Assembly: GCA_029261555.1 (NCBI GenBank)
Contig: JAJDBB010000075.1
Location: 44,786-108,785 of the forward strand
Source of the DNA: Nitrospinaceae bacterium
GTDB lineage: Bacteria; Nitrospinota; Nitrospinia; Nitrospinales; JACRGP01
Direction of reading: 5' to 3'
Length of the DNA stretch: 64,000 nt
Each line of letters opens with the position of its first letter. Position 1 is the first letter of the stretch. The notes under the pieces were generated by a model that worked only from the letters and a program-made list of their open reading frames with translations, was not told the DNA's origin and did no database searches. Shown here in pieces: positions 55,932 through 64,000 of this stretch. The position numbers were made by a program, and so were the translations under genes.

Positions 55932-56885
55932 TTATTCGATCCCCTGCGCGGCGAGCCAGCGTTCCACTTCCAGGGCGGCGGCGCAACCGGTTCCGGCGGC
56001 GGTAACCGCCTGCCGATATTTATGGTCGTGAACGTCGCCGGCGGCAAAGACGCCTTCGCAACTGGTTTCCTGGGTTCCGGGTTTGACTTTGATATAACCC
56101 GTTTCGTCGAGGTCGATCTGCCCTTGAAAAATTTTTGTGTTGGGGACATGGCCGATGGCGTAAAACAATCCAGCCAATTCGATTTCTTTTTCTTCCTTGG
56201 TTTTTACGTTCTGGATTCTGGCGCCAGTCAAAAAATCGGTTCCTATCGAGTCTATCAAAACGGAATCCCAGACCATTTCAATTTTTTCGTTTTTCAGAGT
56301 GCGCTCCGCCATTATTTTTGAAGCGCGGAGTTCATCGCGCCGATGGACCATATAAACTTTCGAGCCGAACTTTGTTAAATACATAGCCTCTTCGCAAGCG
56401 GTATCCCCTCCGCCGATCACCATCAACGGCTGGTTGCGGAAAAAAGGCAGCGCGCCGTCGCACACCGCGCAGGCGGACATCCCGTTGTTCCAGAGTTTCT
56501 CTTCATTGGGCACGCCCATTCGCCGGGCGGTGGCTCCGGTGCAGATGATCACGGAATGAGCCAGTTTTTCGGTTTTATCTCCCTTGATGCGGAACGGACG
56601 TTGGCTGAAGTCGACTTCCTGAACGTCCTCCTGAACCATTTTAGTTCCGAAGCGTTCCGCCTGTTTGCGAAACAGTTGCATCATTTCCGGACCGTTGATC
56701 CCGTCGGGAAAACCCGGATAGTTTTCAACGTCGGTGGTGGTCGTCAATTGTCCTCCCGCGGATCCTCCCATGACGTAGCCTTCGTACATGAAGGGGGCGA
56801 GGTTGGCGCGCGCGGAATAAATGGCGGCGGTGTGCCCGGCGGGACCGGACCCGATGATCGCGATTTTTTCAACCTGGTCTGACAT
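55932..56885 (-). CDS. trxB: Thioredoxin-disulfide reductase
   Basis: FAD site IIGSGPAGHTAAIY, redox-active CAVCDG, NADPH site VIGGGDTACEEA and C-terminal GDVHDHKYRQAVTAAGTGC. Confidence 0.95.
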   Translation of the reverse strand: MSDQVEKIAIIGSGPAGHTAAIYSARANLAPFMYEGYVMGGSAGGQLTTTTDVENYPGFPDGINGPEMMQLFRKQAERFGTKMVQEDVQEVDFSQRPFRIKGDKTEKLAHSVIICTGATARRMGVPNEEKLWNNGMSACAVCDGALPFFRNQPLMVIGGGDTACEEAMYLTKFGSKVYMVHRRDELRASKIMAERTLKNEKIEMVWDSVLIDSIGTDFLTGARIQNVKTKEEKEIELAGLFYAIGHVPNTKIFQGQIDLDETGYIKVKPGTQETSCEGVFAAGDVHDHKYRQAVTAAGTGCAAALEVERWLAAQGIE

Positions 56886-56900
56886 TGAAACTTATCCTTT

Positions 56901-57644
56901 CTATGGTCGAGAGCGCGCGCAACGAAACCCGACGTCGCTGTAACTGAAATCGGGAAACCGGCTCACTCTGTCGGATGCTCTAATAAAATGGCGCGCGGAA
57001 TTCCACGATCCGCCGCGCGCTCCTTTTTCCTTTCCCTCGGCGGGTCCCTTGGGATTATCCGCAACGCCTTGGGTTTGATAGGGACCGTACCAGTCGGCGA
57101 CCCACTCATAAACATTGCCGAGCATGTCGTGCAGGCCCCGCGAGTTGGGATTCAACGAACCCACGAAACGCGGCGAGCCGCTGTTGTAGTTCAACCCGAA
57201 ATGGGCGCCGCCCAGATCGTCGGCTTGCGCGGCGACTTCCCATTCCGCCTCTGTGGGCAAACGTCCGCCCTTCCAGCGGCAAAAATCCTCGGCGTCCTTC
57301 CAACGAACAAACACGGCGGGCTGTTTCATGTAGGAGAAATCCTTGGGACGGCTTTCGTGTAAATCATTGGGGCGGCATTTCGACTCGGCCGCGCATTCAT
57401 AATACTGCTCGTTGGTCGCTTCGTACTTATCGATACTGTAGGCGTCCAACTTTACCTTGTGCGGCGTCTCGTCGGCGCACCAATCGGAATTGCCCTGCCG
57501 GTCCTGGCAATAGGCGTCCCCTACCGAGTATTCTCCGCCGGGAATATCAATCATGCCCGGAGCTGCCTCGTCCGCGCAGACGGGGGCGGCCAAAAGCAAA
57601 AGCGCTACTGCTGATAGCATTCCTTTAGAAAGGGTACATTTCAT
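56901..57644 (-). CDS. Secreted formylglycine-generating-enzyme (SUMF1) family protein
   Basis: Signal peptide, then YSIDKYEATNEQY, GGRLPTEAEWE, GNVYEWVADWY and ARGGSWNS... typical of the FGE-sulfatase fold. Confidence 0.85.
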   Translation of the reverse strand: MKCTLSKGMLSAVALLLLAAPVCADEAAPGMIDIPGGEYSVGDAYCQDRQGNSDWCADETPHKVKLDAYSIDKYEATNEQYYECAAESKCRPNDLHESRPKDFSYMKQPAVFVRWKDAEDFCRWKGGRLPTEAEWEVAAQADDLGGAHFGLNYNSGSPRFVGSLNPNSRGLHDMLGNVYEWVADWYGPYQTQGVADNPKGPAEGKEKGARGGSWNSARHFIRASDRVSRFPDFSYSDVGFRCARSRP

Positions 57645-57649
57645 ATGGA

Positions 57650-58981
57650 TTATTTCTTATCCAGTTCCTTTAAAATCCGGCTCTGAATTTTTTGAAAGTT
57701 TGCGGGAAGATTGATGGGTTTGAAAGCGTAATCGGAATGCACGCCTTTTATTTTCCGGGCGTGGTAGTTGTAAAGAAACTCGGTGAATTTAAGTCCGTTG
57801 GCCGTGGAAATAACGACCACCTTGTCCTTTTTCCTGATCACGCCTTTCCTGGCCAGTTTTTCTGTAACCGCTAAGGCGACGCCGGTGTGCGGACAACATA
57901 AAAGTCCCGTCCGGTTTCCTTTGCCGGCGGCGTTGGCCAATTCCTGTTCGGTCGCTTCTTCCACTATGCCTCGAAAGGCCTGCAAGGTGCGAATGGCTTT
58001 ATTGACGCTGATCGGGTTGCCGATCTGGATGGCGCTGGCCTGGGTTTTCCGCGCGCGAATGGGTTTGAAATCCTTGAAGCCATTCTTGAAACTGCGATAC
58101 AAAGGATCGGCGCGCTCCGCCTGGGCGCATACCAGGCGCGGAAGTTTATCGATCAATCCCAATTCCTTGAGCATCAGGAACCCGTTTCCAATCGCGCTGA
58201 CATTGCCCAGGTTGCCTCCGGGAACGACGACAAAATCCGGAACCGCCCAATCAAATTGCTGGACCAGTTCGAAACTGATCGTTTTCTGCCCTTCAATCCG
58301 CAAGGAATTCATCGAATTGGCGAGGTAAATATTATTTGCGGAACATACTTCCTGCACCAGTTTCATGCACCCGTCGAAATCCGTGTCCAGAGATATGGTC
58401 AGAACGCCGTGGGTGATGGGTTGAATGAGTTGGGGAAGCGAAATTTTATTTTTAGGTAAAAAAACAATCGCCGGAATGCCGGCCACCGCACAATAAGCCG
58501 CCAGCGCGGCGGAGGTGTCTCCCGTGGAAGCGCAGGCCACGGCGCGGATTTCTTTGCCTTCGCTGATCATTTGCTTGACCATGGAAACCAGAACCGTCAT
58601 TCCAAGGTCCTTGAAGGATCCCGTGTGGGCCATGCCGCATTGCTTGATCCATAAATCATCCAGCCCGATCTGACTCCCCAATCGTTCGGCCCAGAATAAA
58701 TTGCTTCCGCCTTCGTAAGTGGAAACGATATTTTCATTTTTAAGATTGGGACAAACCAGTTCCTTTTTGCCCCACACGGAACTGCCGTACGGCCATTCGT
58801 GTTTGCGATATCTTTTCTCGAACAAATCCTTCCACCGTTTCGGCTTCCACTTTTTAAGTTCATTCAAGTCGTGCCTGACTTCAAACAAGTCGCCGCAGGT
58901 ATCGCAACGGTACTTGATTTCGTTGAGAGCGACCTTTTCAGGACAGCCGTTAATGCATTGAAACCAGGAGTTGAGCTTCAT
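57650..58981 (-). CDS. thrC: Threonine synthase (with N-terminal zinc ribbon)
   Basis: PLP-lysine motif HTGSFKDLGM and N-terminal C..C...C..C (CINGCPEK...CDTCGD). Start taken as the ATG at 58981, 2 nt after the hom stop. Confidence 0.93.
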   Translation of the reverse strand: MKLNSWFQCINGCPEKVALNEIKYRCDTCGDLFEVRHDLNELKKWKPKRWKDLFEKRYRKHEWPYGSSVWGKKELVCPNLKNENIVSTYEGGSNLFWAERLGSQIGLDDLWIKQCGMAHTGSFKDLGMTVLVSMVKQMISEGKEIRAVACASTGDTSAALAAYCAVAGIPAIVFLPKNKISLPQLIQPITHGVLTISLDTDFDGCMKLVQEVCSANNIYLANSMNSLRIEGQKTISFELVQQFDWAVPDFVVVPGGNLGNVSAIGNGFLMLKELGLIDKLPRLVCAQAERADPLYRSFKNGFKDFKPIRARKTQASAIQIGNPISVNKAIRTLQAFRGIVEEATEQELANAAGKGNRTGLLCCPHTGVALAVTEKLARKGVIRKKDKVVVISTANGLKFTEFLYNYHARKIKGVHSDYAFKPINLPANFQKIQSRILKELDKK

Positions 58982-58983
58982 GT

Positions 58984-60294
58984 TCAGTTTTCCACTCGAA
59001 TGAAGTTGGCTTTTTGGCAAACGACCTCTAAATGGTCGATTTCACTCAGGGCGTCGCGGACGTTCTTCTCGACGGCCAGATGCGTCATGATGATCAAGGG
59101 AACGCCTTTGCCTTGCGGGCCCCGCCCCCTTTGAATAACGGATTCTATACCAATGGAATGATCTCCGAGGATTCCCGAGATTTTTGAAAGTACGCCCGGT
59201 TGATCCAACACGCCAAAGCGCAGGAAATATTCCGATTCGACCGATTCAATATTTTTAAGGGGAATTTTTCTAACGTGTTTCCCCTGGTAAGACTGCGCCG
59301 GAAGCCTGTCTTTTGCGCCGGAAATAATGTTCCGGGAAATTTCCACAATGTCGCCGACGACGGCGCTCCCGGTGGGAAGCGCTCCCGCGCCGTGCCCCAC
59401 CAATATATTTTCCTCCATATAATTATCGCAAACGCGGACGGCGTTTAAAACCCCATTGATGTTCGCCATGGAATGGCTTGCGGGAATCATGGCGGGATGC
59501 ACACGAACGTCCAGAGCCTGCCCGTCGAACTTGGCGACCGCCAACAGCTTGATCCGGTAGCCAAATTCGCGCGCGCATTGAATATCTTCCGGGGTGACGC
59601 TGGATATTCCCTCGATGCAAATTTCTTCCATGGCAATCCGGGCGCCAAACGCCAGGCGCGCAAGGAGAATAATTTTATGCGCCGAATCCATTCCTTCAAT
59701 ATCGAAAGTAGGATCGGCCTCGGCAAAGCCTTTCTCCTGCGCCTCCTTGAGAGCCATTTCGAAACCGCAATCTTCATCCGACATTTTACTGAGGATGTAG
59801 TTGGCCGTGCCGTTCACGATTCCTTCAATCACGCCAATATCGTTGGCGACCATGGCTTCTTTAAGGGAGCGGATGATTGGAATGGCGCCGCCGACGGAGG
59901 CCTCGAATCCAATATTTAAATGTTTGTCTTCCACGGCGGAAAAAATCTCGTCGCCATGTTTGGCCAATAACGCTTTGTTCGCCGTGACCACATGTTTTCC
60001 TGCGGCAAGAGCTTTTAGGATAAACGTCCGGGCGGGTTCATAACCGCCGACCAACTCGACGACGATATCGATCTCGGGATCGTCAAAAATCTCGTCCGCC
60101 TTATCGGTCAGGATTCCCGGAGCCACGGCGACTCCGCGGTCGGTCGTGATATCCAAATCGGCGATTTTTGTCAGCTCAAGCGAGGCGCCCAGTCTTTTTT
60201 CCAGGGTTTCCCGGCTCTGGGAAATTATTTTAACCACGCCGGCTCCGATGGTTCCGAATCCGATCAAACCGATTTTTATCGTTTTATTGTCCAT
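58984..60294 (-). CDS. hom: Homoserine dehydrogenase
   Basis: IGLIGFGTIGAG NAD site, catalytic domain GIVNGTANYILS, and a C-terminal ACT domain. 436 aa. Confidence 0.95.
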   Translation of the reverse strand: MDNKTIKIGLIGFGTIGAGVVKIISQSRETLEKRLGASLELTKIADLDITTDRGVAVAPGILTDKADEIFDDPEIDIVVELVGGYEPARTFILKALAAGKHVVTANKALLAKHGDEIFSAVEDKHLNIGFEASVGGAIPIIRSLKEAMVANDIGVIEGIVNGTANYILSKMSDEDCGFEMALKEAQEKGFAEADPTFDIEGMDSAHKIILLARLAFGARIAMEEICIEGISSVTPEDIQCAREFGYRIKLLAVAKFDGQALDVRVHPAMIPASHSMANINGVLNAVRVCDNYMEENILVGHGAGALPTGSAVVGDIVEISRNIISGAKDRLPAQSYQGKHVRKIPLKNIESVESEYFLRFGVLDQPGVLSKISGILGDHSIGIESVIQRGRGPQGKGVPLIIMTHLAVEKNVRDALSEIDHLEVVCQKANFIRVEN

Positions 60295-60313
60295 AACTCT
60301 TTACGCCTGAATT

Positions 60314-61480
60314 TTATAATAACTCGCGAATGCCCCGAATCGCCTGGCGGGTTCGGTGTTCGTTTTCCACTAAAGAGAAGCGGACAAATTCGTCGCCGCC
60401 TTCGCCGAAACCGATCCCGGGGGAAACGGCCACCTTGGCTTTCTCCAAAAGGAGCTTGGAAAACTCCACCGATCCTAAATGCCGAAGTTTCTCGGGAATT
60501 TGCGCCCAAACAAACATGGTGGCTTTGGGCGGTTCCACGGTCCACCCGATCCGATTGAGTCCTTCACACAGCACGTTTCGACGCAGGTAGTACGTGTCCC
60601 GTATATCCTCGACCCATTTCCGAGGTCCATTCAGAGCGATCACCGAGGCGATTTGAATGGGAGTGAACATTCCATAATCCTGATAACTTTTCAACCGGGT
60701 GAGCGCATGAATGAGTTCCTGGTTACCGACGGCAAAACCCATGCGCCATCCTGGCATGTTGTAACTTTTGGACAGGGTAAAAAATTCCACCCCCACGTCC
60801 TTGGCGCCGGGAACCTGTAAAAAACTGGGCGCCTTATAGTCTTCATAAACGATGTCGGCGTAGGCAAAATCGTGAATCACAATCAATTCGTGTTCCTTGG
60901 CGAACGCCACCACTTTTTCAAAAAATTCGATATCCACCACCTCGGTGGTTGGATTGTGCGGGAAGTTGATCACCAGGGCCTTCGGGCGCGGCCAGGTTCT
61001 TTTAAACGCTTCCAACAACGCCTCAAAAAAATCCCTGTCCTTGTTCAACGGCACATTGATGACGTCGCAGTTGGACAAAATGAATGCGTAGGTATGGATC
61101 GGATAAGTGGGAGTGGGCACCATGATGGAGTCGCCGGGACCCGTGATGGCAACCGCCAAATGTGAAATTCCCTCCTTGGAACCTATGGTCGCAATGGCCT
61201 CGGTATCCGGATCCAGTTCCACCGAATAATTACGCATGTACCAATCGGTAATAGCGAGGCGAAGTTTATAGACGCCCTTTGAAAGGGAATAACGGTGGCT
61301 TTGCGGTTTCCGAGCCGTCTCGATCAATTTTTCGATGATGGGGTCGGGCGGAGGCTGGTCCGGATTTCCCATTCCAAAGTCGATAATGTCCTCCCCCTGA
61401 CGACGGGCCTTGAGCTTCAACTCGTTAATGATGTTGAAAACGTAAGGGGGTAAACGGTTGATTCTAGGAAATTCCCGCAT
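60314..61480 (-). CDS. Class I/II pyridoxal-phosphate-dependent aminotransferase (AlaT/AspC-like)
   Basis: [22 protein letters not shown], and the PLP-lysine motif [15 protein letters not shown]. Located upstream of hom-thrC. Confidence 0.9.
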   Translation of the reverse strand: MREFPRINRLPPYVFNIINELKLKARRQGEDIIDFGMGNPDQPPPDPIIEKLIETARKPQSHRYSLSKGVYKLRLAITDWYMRNYSVELDPDTEAIATIGSKEGISHLAVAITGPGDSIMVPTPTYPIHTYAFILSNCDVINVPLNKDRDFFEALLEAFKRTWPRPKALVINFPHNPTTEVVDIEFFEKVVAFAKEHELIVIHDFAYADIVYEDYKAPSFLQVPGAKDVGVEFFTLSKSYNMPGWRMGFAVGNQELIHALTRLKSYQDYGMFTPIQIASVIALNGPRKWVEDIRDTYYLRRNVLCEGLNRIGWTVEPPKATMFVWAQIPEKLRHLGSVEFSKLLLEKAKVAVSPGIGFGEGGDEFVRFSLVENEHRTRQAIRGIRELL

Positions 61481-61836
61481 GGTTTGAAGGCCTAATCTAT
61501 TACTTTCAAAAGTACTGTATGAATTAAAGAGGACTCTGTAGGCGGGAGGTCATACTCTTCCCAGACAACAATAAAAACTCGCGTAAGATAGCACAATTCC
61601 CAAAAACCGGCAAGGCGGCAAAAACGCTAAACTACGCATAAAAACCGGGCGTTCAGGTATTAGGAGGGGAGTTCCAAAAACATTCACGGCGATCAAAATA
61701 AATTTTAATCGTCATTCCCGACCCATCTTTTTTCTTGATTAGCAACGTTGGCAAAGGGTAGTATTCCCTCTTGGATTGACCGCCCACATCCGTTTATCCC
61801 CATCAAACCGCTTCCCTGATTTACCGGTAAATTCTT

Positions 61837-62637
61837 ATGGACTATGCGAACACGATTCTCCTGGGGATCATCCAAGGAGTCACGGAGTTTTTACCGGTCT
61901 CAAGTTCGGGCCACCTGATATTAGCGCCCGTGGTTTTTGGCTTTAAGGATCAGGGGTTGGTGATGGACGTCATCCTGCATCTGGCCACCCTGCTGTCGAT
62001 AATCATGTTTTTCCGCCAGGATCTGACTAATATAGTGAAAGCTATTATAAGTCCCAATGGCGACCCTGCTTATAAAAAACTGGGATGGAGCCTCCTGATC
62101 GCCACCATCCCGGCGGGGATCGTCGGTTTGGTTTTTGAAAGCTGGATCGAATCCAATCTGCGAAGTTCCACCTTTGTCGCCTGCAACCTGATTTTCTGGT
62201 CTCTGGTCTTTTGGATCGCGGACAAAAAAGTCACAAAAACTCCTACCTCGGACGTCCGCGAAATGAGTTTTGCCCAAATATTTTTTATCGGTTGCGCCCA
62301 AGCCGTGGCGCTTTTGCCGGGAACCTCGCGCTCGGGAATAACCATCGCGGCGGGTTTGTTCGGCAATTTGTCCAGAGAGGCGGCGGCCAGGTTTTCTTTT
62401 TTATTGGGAACGCCCATCATCCTGGCGGCGGGAGCGCATAAATCCCTGTCAATTTTTACTGTGCCGGGAATTCAATTGGACGTTGGCCTGGGGGAACTGG
62501 CGACGGGATTTTTAATCACCTTTGCGGTGGGTTATCTTTCTATAAAAATTTTGCTGGACGTCGTTAAACGCCTCGGTCTTTTACCTTTTATTATTTACCG
62601 AATCCTGCTCGCCGCGTTGATCCTGATTTATTATTAA
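61837..62637 (+). CDS. uppP: Undecaprenyl-diphosphate phosphatase
   Basis: GIIQGVTEFLPVSSSGHL and PGTSRSGITI signature motifs. 266 aa polytopic membrane protein. Confidence 0.95.
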   Translation: MDYANTILLGIIQGVTEFLPVSSSGHLILAPVVFGFKDQGLVMDVILHLATLLSIIMFFRQDLTNIVKAIISPNGDPAYKKLGWSLLIATIPAGIVGLVFESWIESNLRSSTFVACNLIFWSLVFWIADKKVTKTPTSDVREMSFAQIFFIGCAQAVALLPGTSRSGITIAAGLFGNLSREAAARFSFLLGTPIILAAGAHKSLSIFTVPGIQLDVGLGELATGFLITFAVGYLSIKILLDVVKRLGLLPFIIYRILLAALILIYY

Positions 62638-62663
62638 AGCGCGCAATTTAATTCCATAAAAAA

Positions 62664-62699
62664 AGCCGGTCGGGGGAAACCCGACCGGCTTTATTTTTT
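62664..62699. terminator. Bidirectional Rho-independent terminator between uppP and the convergent small secreted-protein gene
   Basis: aaaaaaAGCCGGTCGGGggaaaCCCGACCGGCTttatttttt. Confidence 0.8.
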
Positions 62700-62723
62700 A
62701 GTTCCCGAAGGAACGGACGATGA

Positions 62724-63143
62724 TTAGTTGCAGCTTACGTTCATCGGAATCGTGCCAGTGTTGGTGATACGAACTTCGCCGCTGATGTCGCCAATGCTGT
62801 CGCCGCGGCTGAAGTTATTTTGACCCTTCAAGGTCACGCTTTTTTTACCCATGCTGTGATACTCTTGGGTGTGCGCCTTGCTACCAGGCCCTTTACCGGG
62901 AATTCCTTGATCATCCGTCGGTCCCAAAGTAATCGGAATCGTGGTGAAGTTGGAAGACTTCCAGATCACCGCGTTAGCGTTTCCGCGATCGCCAGCGGAA
63001 GAATTGCCAACCGCTTCCAGAGTGATAGATTTAGCGTTGTTGCAACTCGTTTTGCCGCCCGGAGCCAAAGACGCGGCCGATGCGCTGGATGCGAAACAGA
63101 ATACAGAAAAAATTACAAGGCTAACCAAAACAGTTTTTTTCAT
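62724..63143 (-). CDS. Small secreted hypothetical protein (Cys near both ends of the mature chain)
   Basis: Signal peptide VLVSLVIFSVFCFASSASA. The beta-rich mature part begins ...KTSCNN and ends ...NVSCN. No recognisable family. Confidence 0.6.
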   Translation of the reverse strand: MKKTVLVSLVIFSVFCFASSASAASLAPGGKTSCNNAKSITLEAVGNSSAGDRGNANAVIWKSSNFTTIPITLGPTDDQGIPGKGPGSKAHTQEYHSMGKKSVTLKGQNNFSRGDSIGDISGEVRITNTGTIPMNVSCN

Positions 63144-63543
63144 AGCTTCATCCTCCCTACCCTAGTTAAGATTTAAAAACATTATAAAAGACTGTTCGAG
63201 GTAAATACCTGTAAGGTCCACCCCCATTTAATAAATTCCAATATGGAATACAGGTCGTTTTTAATTAACGCTTATCTAGCCTTTGGAAGCGCAAAATACA
63301 ACCGAAATTCAGCGTTTTTCTTCCTCAGGCTAAACAACGGGGTAAGTATACCCCTGTGACCAAACATGTCAACATTTTATTTTAGTAATTCCACAACTTA
63401 TTTGCCTTTTTGGCGGGGGTTATATTTTGCAAACCTCAAAAGCAAATAAAATCAAGCCTTTCATATCCTTACGGGTCTCGAATTTCAATAATTCGCCTTA
63501 AAATTTCAACAGGCAAATATTGTTTTTTCCGAGCCAAAATGTC

Positions 63544-64000
63544 TCATCGACGCCAGGAAGTGTTTTTCAACAATTCCCCTCTACCAATGGTTCTCGATCC
63601 ATGATTAGCGCTCAGGACCACTTTGCCCTCCAAAACCGCCGGGCCTTCAAAAACGATATCGCCCTCAAGCGTCAATGATTCCAGGTTCAATATATTCGGG
63701 ATCGCTTTGAGGCGTGAATTGTATTCATCCAGACGGTCAAACGGCGCTCCAAAGTTGACGTCCGGCAACTCAGGAATTGTCCTTTGCGAATTGATCCGCA
63801 AGCGGCCTTCCTCTAGCTCGAACAGGTTGGACTGAACCAGGAACAGATCGCTGGTCCTTTTAACGGGACGGAATCTTTCCCTGGGAACCAGCAACCCCGT
63901 AGCGCCTGGGAAAAATTCTATGGCGGCGCCGATCGCGGTTTCCAGTTGAACGACGTCGACTCCCTCTACGGTTTTATTGTTAACGATCAACTCCAGTCCC
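63544..64000 (-). CDS. UTP-glucose-1-phosphate uridylyltransferase family (UDPGP-type), C-terminal part; gene continues beyond the right edge
   Basis: VVQLETAIGAAIEFF...LLVPRERFRPVKRTSDLFLVQSNLFEL...LESLTLEGDIVFEG matches the C-terminal beta-helix region of UDPGP pyrophosphorylases. The frame stays open (…GLEL…) to position 64000. Confidence 0.8.
   Translation of the reverse strand, partial: GLELIVNNKTVEGVDVVQLETAIGAAIEFFPGATGLLVPRERFRPVKRTSDLFLVQSNLFELEEGRLRINSQRTIPELPDVNFGAPFDRLDEYNSRLKAIPNILNLESLTLEGDIVFEGPAVLEGKVVLSANHGSRTIGRGELLKNTSWRR

Overview
This is a densely coding 64-kb chromosomal segment with about 57 protein genes and one tRNA. It comes from a diderm, flagellated, sigma-54-using bacterium. 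I cannot name the taxon from sequence alone. I saw no rRNA, CRISPR array, transposase or integrase. Most of the window is housekeeping:
- 0.3-16.2 kb, minus strand: SDR epimerase, tRNA-Leu(GAG), secG, tpiA, gap, pdxJ, folP, ftsH, tilS, two parvulin/SurA-like chaperones and mfd.
- 24.4-30 kb: aguB and aguA for putrescine synthesis, a LapA-like envelope cluster, and a rhodanese plus Rieske pair.
- 30.7-34.6 kb: a flgB-fliE unit behind a near-consensus sigma-54 promoter, divergent from a large GAF-domain enhancer-binding protein.
- 35-64 kb: ahcY, an M16 peptidase, moaCDE, AddAB-type helicase-nuclease, trxB, an aminotransferase-hom-thrC cluster, uppP and a partial UDPGP-family gene.

The outstanding region is 16.7-24.2 kb, an internally duplicated minus-strand locus.
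- It encodes three paralogous secreted fibre-like proteins. Each has an N-terminal signal or anchor, a coiled coil, a bacterial collagen G-X-Y stalk, many 15-residue Ser/Gly beta-repeats and a conserved C-terminal DWxAGxLxxDF tag.
- Two paralogous secreted partner proteins (an STN/FecR-C-like module plus a TonB-like Pro-rich linker) are interleaved with them.
- Each fibre gene is followed by the same GC-rich terminator hairpin.
- The stalk and head regions contain perfect 81-nt and 90-nt in-frame tandem repeats.
- I read this as a candidate surface-fibre system with a dedicated partner. I cannot assign it to a described secretion or adhesin class from the sequence.

Secondary leads:
- A four-gene, translationally coupled operon: MsbA-like ABC exporter, OleA-like thiolase, OleB-like hydrolase and a thioredoxin-fold protein.
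- A tandem-USP protein fused to three PCP-reductase-like domains, with a terminator-like hairpin in its leader.
- Several exported proteins with extreme Asp/Glu/His tracts.
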